DNA of 24,000 nt, taken from Bacillus benzoevorans (GTDB taxonomy: Bacteria; Bacillota; Bacilli; Bacillales; Cytobacillaceae). Where the stretch lies: assembly GCF_014207535.1 (NCBI RefSeq), contig NZ_JACHGK010000003.1:232635-256634 (forward strand), in the 5' to 3' direction. The notes beneath the pieces were generated by a model. The model was not told the DNA's origin and did not search any database. It saw only the letters and a list, made by a program, of their open reading frames with translations. This document shows positions 22,650-24,000 of this stretch, piece after piece; within the stretch, counting starts at the first letter, position 1; the number at the start of each line of letters is the position of its first letter. Both the position numbers and the translations under genes were made by a program.

Positions 22650-22735
22650 TTCGTTCTAAACCCTATTGTTAGATTGGAAATGTCAGCAGGTCTTTCTTAA
22701 AAAGTTACGGGCAGCAAATCGGATGATTTACCCGT

Positions 22736-23467
22736 CTATATATTATCACTTCCTTCTTGCAGCAAGATTAGTTTTTGGTATAAGCGCTCAGCCATTAATT
22801 GATAACCTGCTGGATTCAAATGGATCTTATCGCTAAAATAGTCTTTTTTCGGCTGATTGATATATAAATCAAGGACAGGCACAAAGTAAGTCATTTCATA
22901 ATTAGCGGCACTAGCTTCAATCTCTTGATTCCATTGCTGGATCAGATTCAGAATTTCCTCTTCATTCTGATATTCTGAATAGGGGTGGTATAACCCTAAA
23001 ACGAGGATAGGGGCGGAGGTATTCTCCAGTCTGATAAGGTCAAGAATTCGATGAAGGTTCTGTGAATATCGTTCTTTTCCTGTCTTCATTTGCTGAATTT
23101 TCAAAGAATCCAATGTATAGGCAGCACTTTTTCTAAAATCATTTGTTCCTGCGTAAAGAATAATGTAATCGGCTTTTTTGACCTCCCTTATGATTTTTCG
23201 ATCCTGCAGCTGCTGTAAAATTTGATCCGTGGTATATCTTGGAACACCAAAGTTAGATAATTCTACCAGGATTCCTTTCTCTTCCTGAAGCAGCTCTTTT
23301 ACTCTTCCTATATATCCTTTTTGACCGGGATCACCTGTCCCATATGTAATGGAATCACCGATGGCTGTAAGATGTATCGTATTGGAACCAGCAGAGTAAA
23401 TAATTCTACAAGTATAGAGGATAACAAGCAAGAGCATGATACCCATGACAAAGTAATATTTTTTCAT
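22736..23467 (-). CDS. SGNH/GDSL hydrolase family protein with N-terminal membrane anchor
   Basis: Block I GDSITYG, block III GTNDF and block V DKIHLN (the DxxH catalytic pair). The N-terminal hydrophobic helix is YYFVMGIMLLLVILY. ATG at 23467, 7 nt after GGGAG. Confidence 0.8.
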   Translation of the reverse strand: MKKYYFVMGIMLLLVILYTCRIIYSAGSNTIHLTAIGDSITYGTGDPGQKGYIGRVKELLQEEKGILVELSNFGVPRYTTDQILQQLQDRKIIREVKKADYIILYAGTNDFRKSAAYTLDSLKIQQMKTGKERYSQNLHRILDLIRLENTSAPILVLGLYHPYSEYQNEEEILNLIQQWNQEIEASAANYEMTYFVPVLDLYINQPKKDYFSDKIHLNPAGYQLMAERLYQKLILLQEGSDNI

Positions 23468-23535
23468 CAAAAAACTCCCAGACCGTACAGATTCTTTTCC
23501 TACTATTATTTCTTATATTTTCCATAATAAAAGAT

Positions 23536-23564
23536 CTCCCGCCACGCTTCAAGCATGCCGGGAG
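23536..23564 (-). terminator. Possible terminator after the acyltransferase gene
   Basis: CTCCCG (23536-23541) pairs with CGGGAG (23559-23564). On the minus strand it is followed by the T-rich ATCTTTTATTAT. The loop is long, so this call is weak. Confidence 0.4.
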
Positions 23565-23573
23565 TATGTTGGA

Positions 23574-24000
23574 TTAATGTTTATGATGACCAGAGCTGAA
23601 ACTATGGACCTTGAAAAAGGAGGCTTTTAATTCAATTAGCGGCTGAGCAACTTTTCGAATCATCTTGCTCGATAGAAAAGCAATTAATAAAAGTGAAACG
23701 ATAAGGAATACGAGTATCTGCTCTGTATCCGCTAGGATGTCAACGAGTTCACTGTTTCGGAAATATTTAACAAAGAAACCGTGCAGCAGGTAAACATAAA
23801 TTGAACTTGTCCCCCATTTGGTAAAGAAGTGTTTTTTGCTTGGTACCAATGCAAGGAAGCTGAGTGTTGCCAACAATGTCACACCATAAACAGCTAGGCG
23901 AATGATGCCGCCATTTATTTCTGTCGTATTCAGAACCTCATATGGTATGGAGCCAAACAGCCATTTATAATTAAAATCTGGAAGATTATACATGACAATA
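23574..24000 (-). CDS. Acyltransferase-3 (AT3/OatA-type) family membrane protein, C-terminal part; the N-terminus runs off the right edge
   Basis: Polytopic hydrophobic sequence with the AT3-typical C-terminal helices (WGTSSIYVYLLHGFFVKYF...ILVFLIVSLLLIAFLSS). The frame remains open upstream of the listed ATG to base 24000. Confidence 0.7.
   Translation of the reverse strand, partial: IVMYNLPDFNYKWLFGSIPYEVLNTTEINGGIIRLAVYGVTLLATLSFLALVPSKKHFFTKWGTSSIYVYLLHGFFVKYFRNSELVDILADTEQILVFLIVSLLLIAFLSSKMIRKVAQPLIELKASFFKVHSFSSGHHKH

Noticed and set aside
1-24000. CRISPR arrays, transposases, integrases, prophage or known defence-system genes
   Set aside because: None were found. The only repeats are the ~125-nt VOC gene duplication and the two ~50-nt intergenic modules. 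No ORF carries DDE, tyrosine- or serine-recombinase, nuclease-helicase or Cas-like motifs.

Overview
The window looks like low-GC Firmicute (Bacillaceae) chromosome, with almost all genes on the minus strand. Family calls come from motifs read in the supplied translations. Synteny statements rely on remembered B. subtilis gene order.

Bases 1-9400 match the B. subtilis yqiW-yqjH neighbourhood:
- an edge-truncated DNA polymerase IV
- an M20 peptidase, an acyl-CoA carboxyltransferase beta subunit and a methylmalonyl-CoA epimerase
- a YqjA-like exporter
- the artPQM-type amino-acid ABC transporter
- bacilliredoxin BrxB

Next come a canonical sirtuin, a TIGR01777 epimerase-family protein, and a SigM/YhdL/YhdK-like ECF sigma operon with an autoregulatory-type promoter.

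Bases 13.9-19.9 kb are the unusual part, an accessory and partly decaying detoxification patch. It holds:
- a yjdF gene behind a yjdF-type (azaaromatic) riboswitch-like leader
- an unassigned structured RNA domain divergent from that leader, upstream of a small ORF and a PhnB-like VOC gene
- a 5'-truncated glyoxalase pseudogene
- a frameshifted toast-rack lipoprotein gene
- MOSC, DUF4256 and PAT-type GNAT genes
- a second, degraded copy of the PhnB-like gene's 3' end
- a clear SAM-I (S-box) riboswitch driving a cysteine-free, degenerate MsrA homologue

The right end carries tag, a cytoplasmic GH3 hydrolase, an SGNH hydrolase and an edge-truncated acyltransferase-3 protein.

I saw no transposase, integrase, CRISPR array, tRNA/rRNA or recognisable defence system. 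The best candidate for something undescribed is the structured RNA locus at about 14541-14790. It could be a novel leader or riboswitch, or a convergent antisense pair with a 38-aa hydrophobic ORF. The S-box-controlled catalytically dead MsrA is second.
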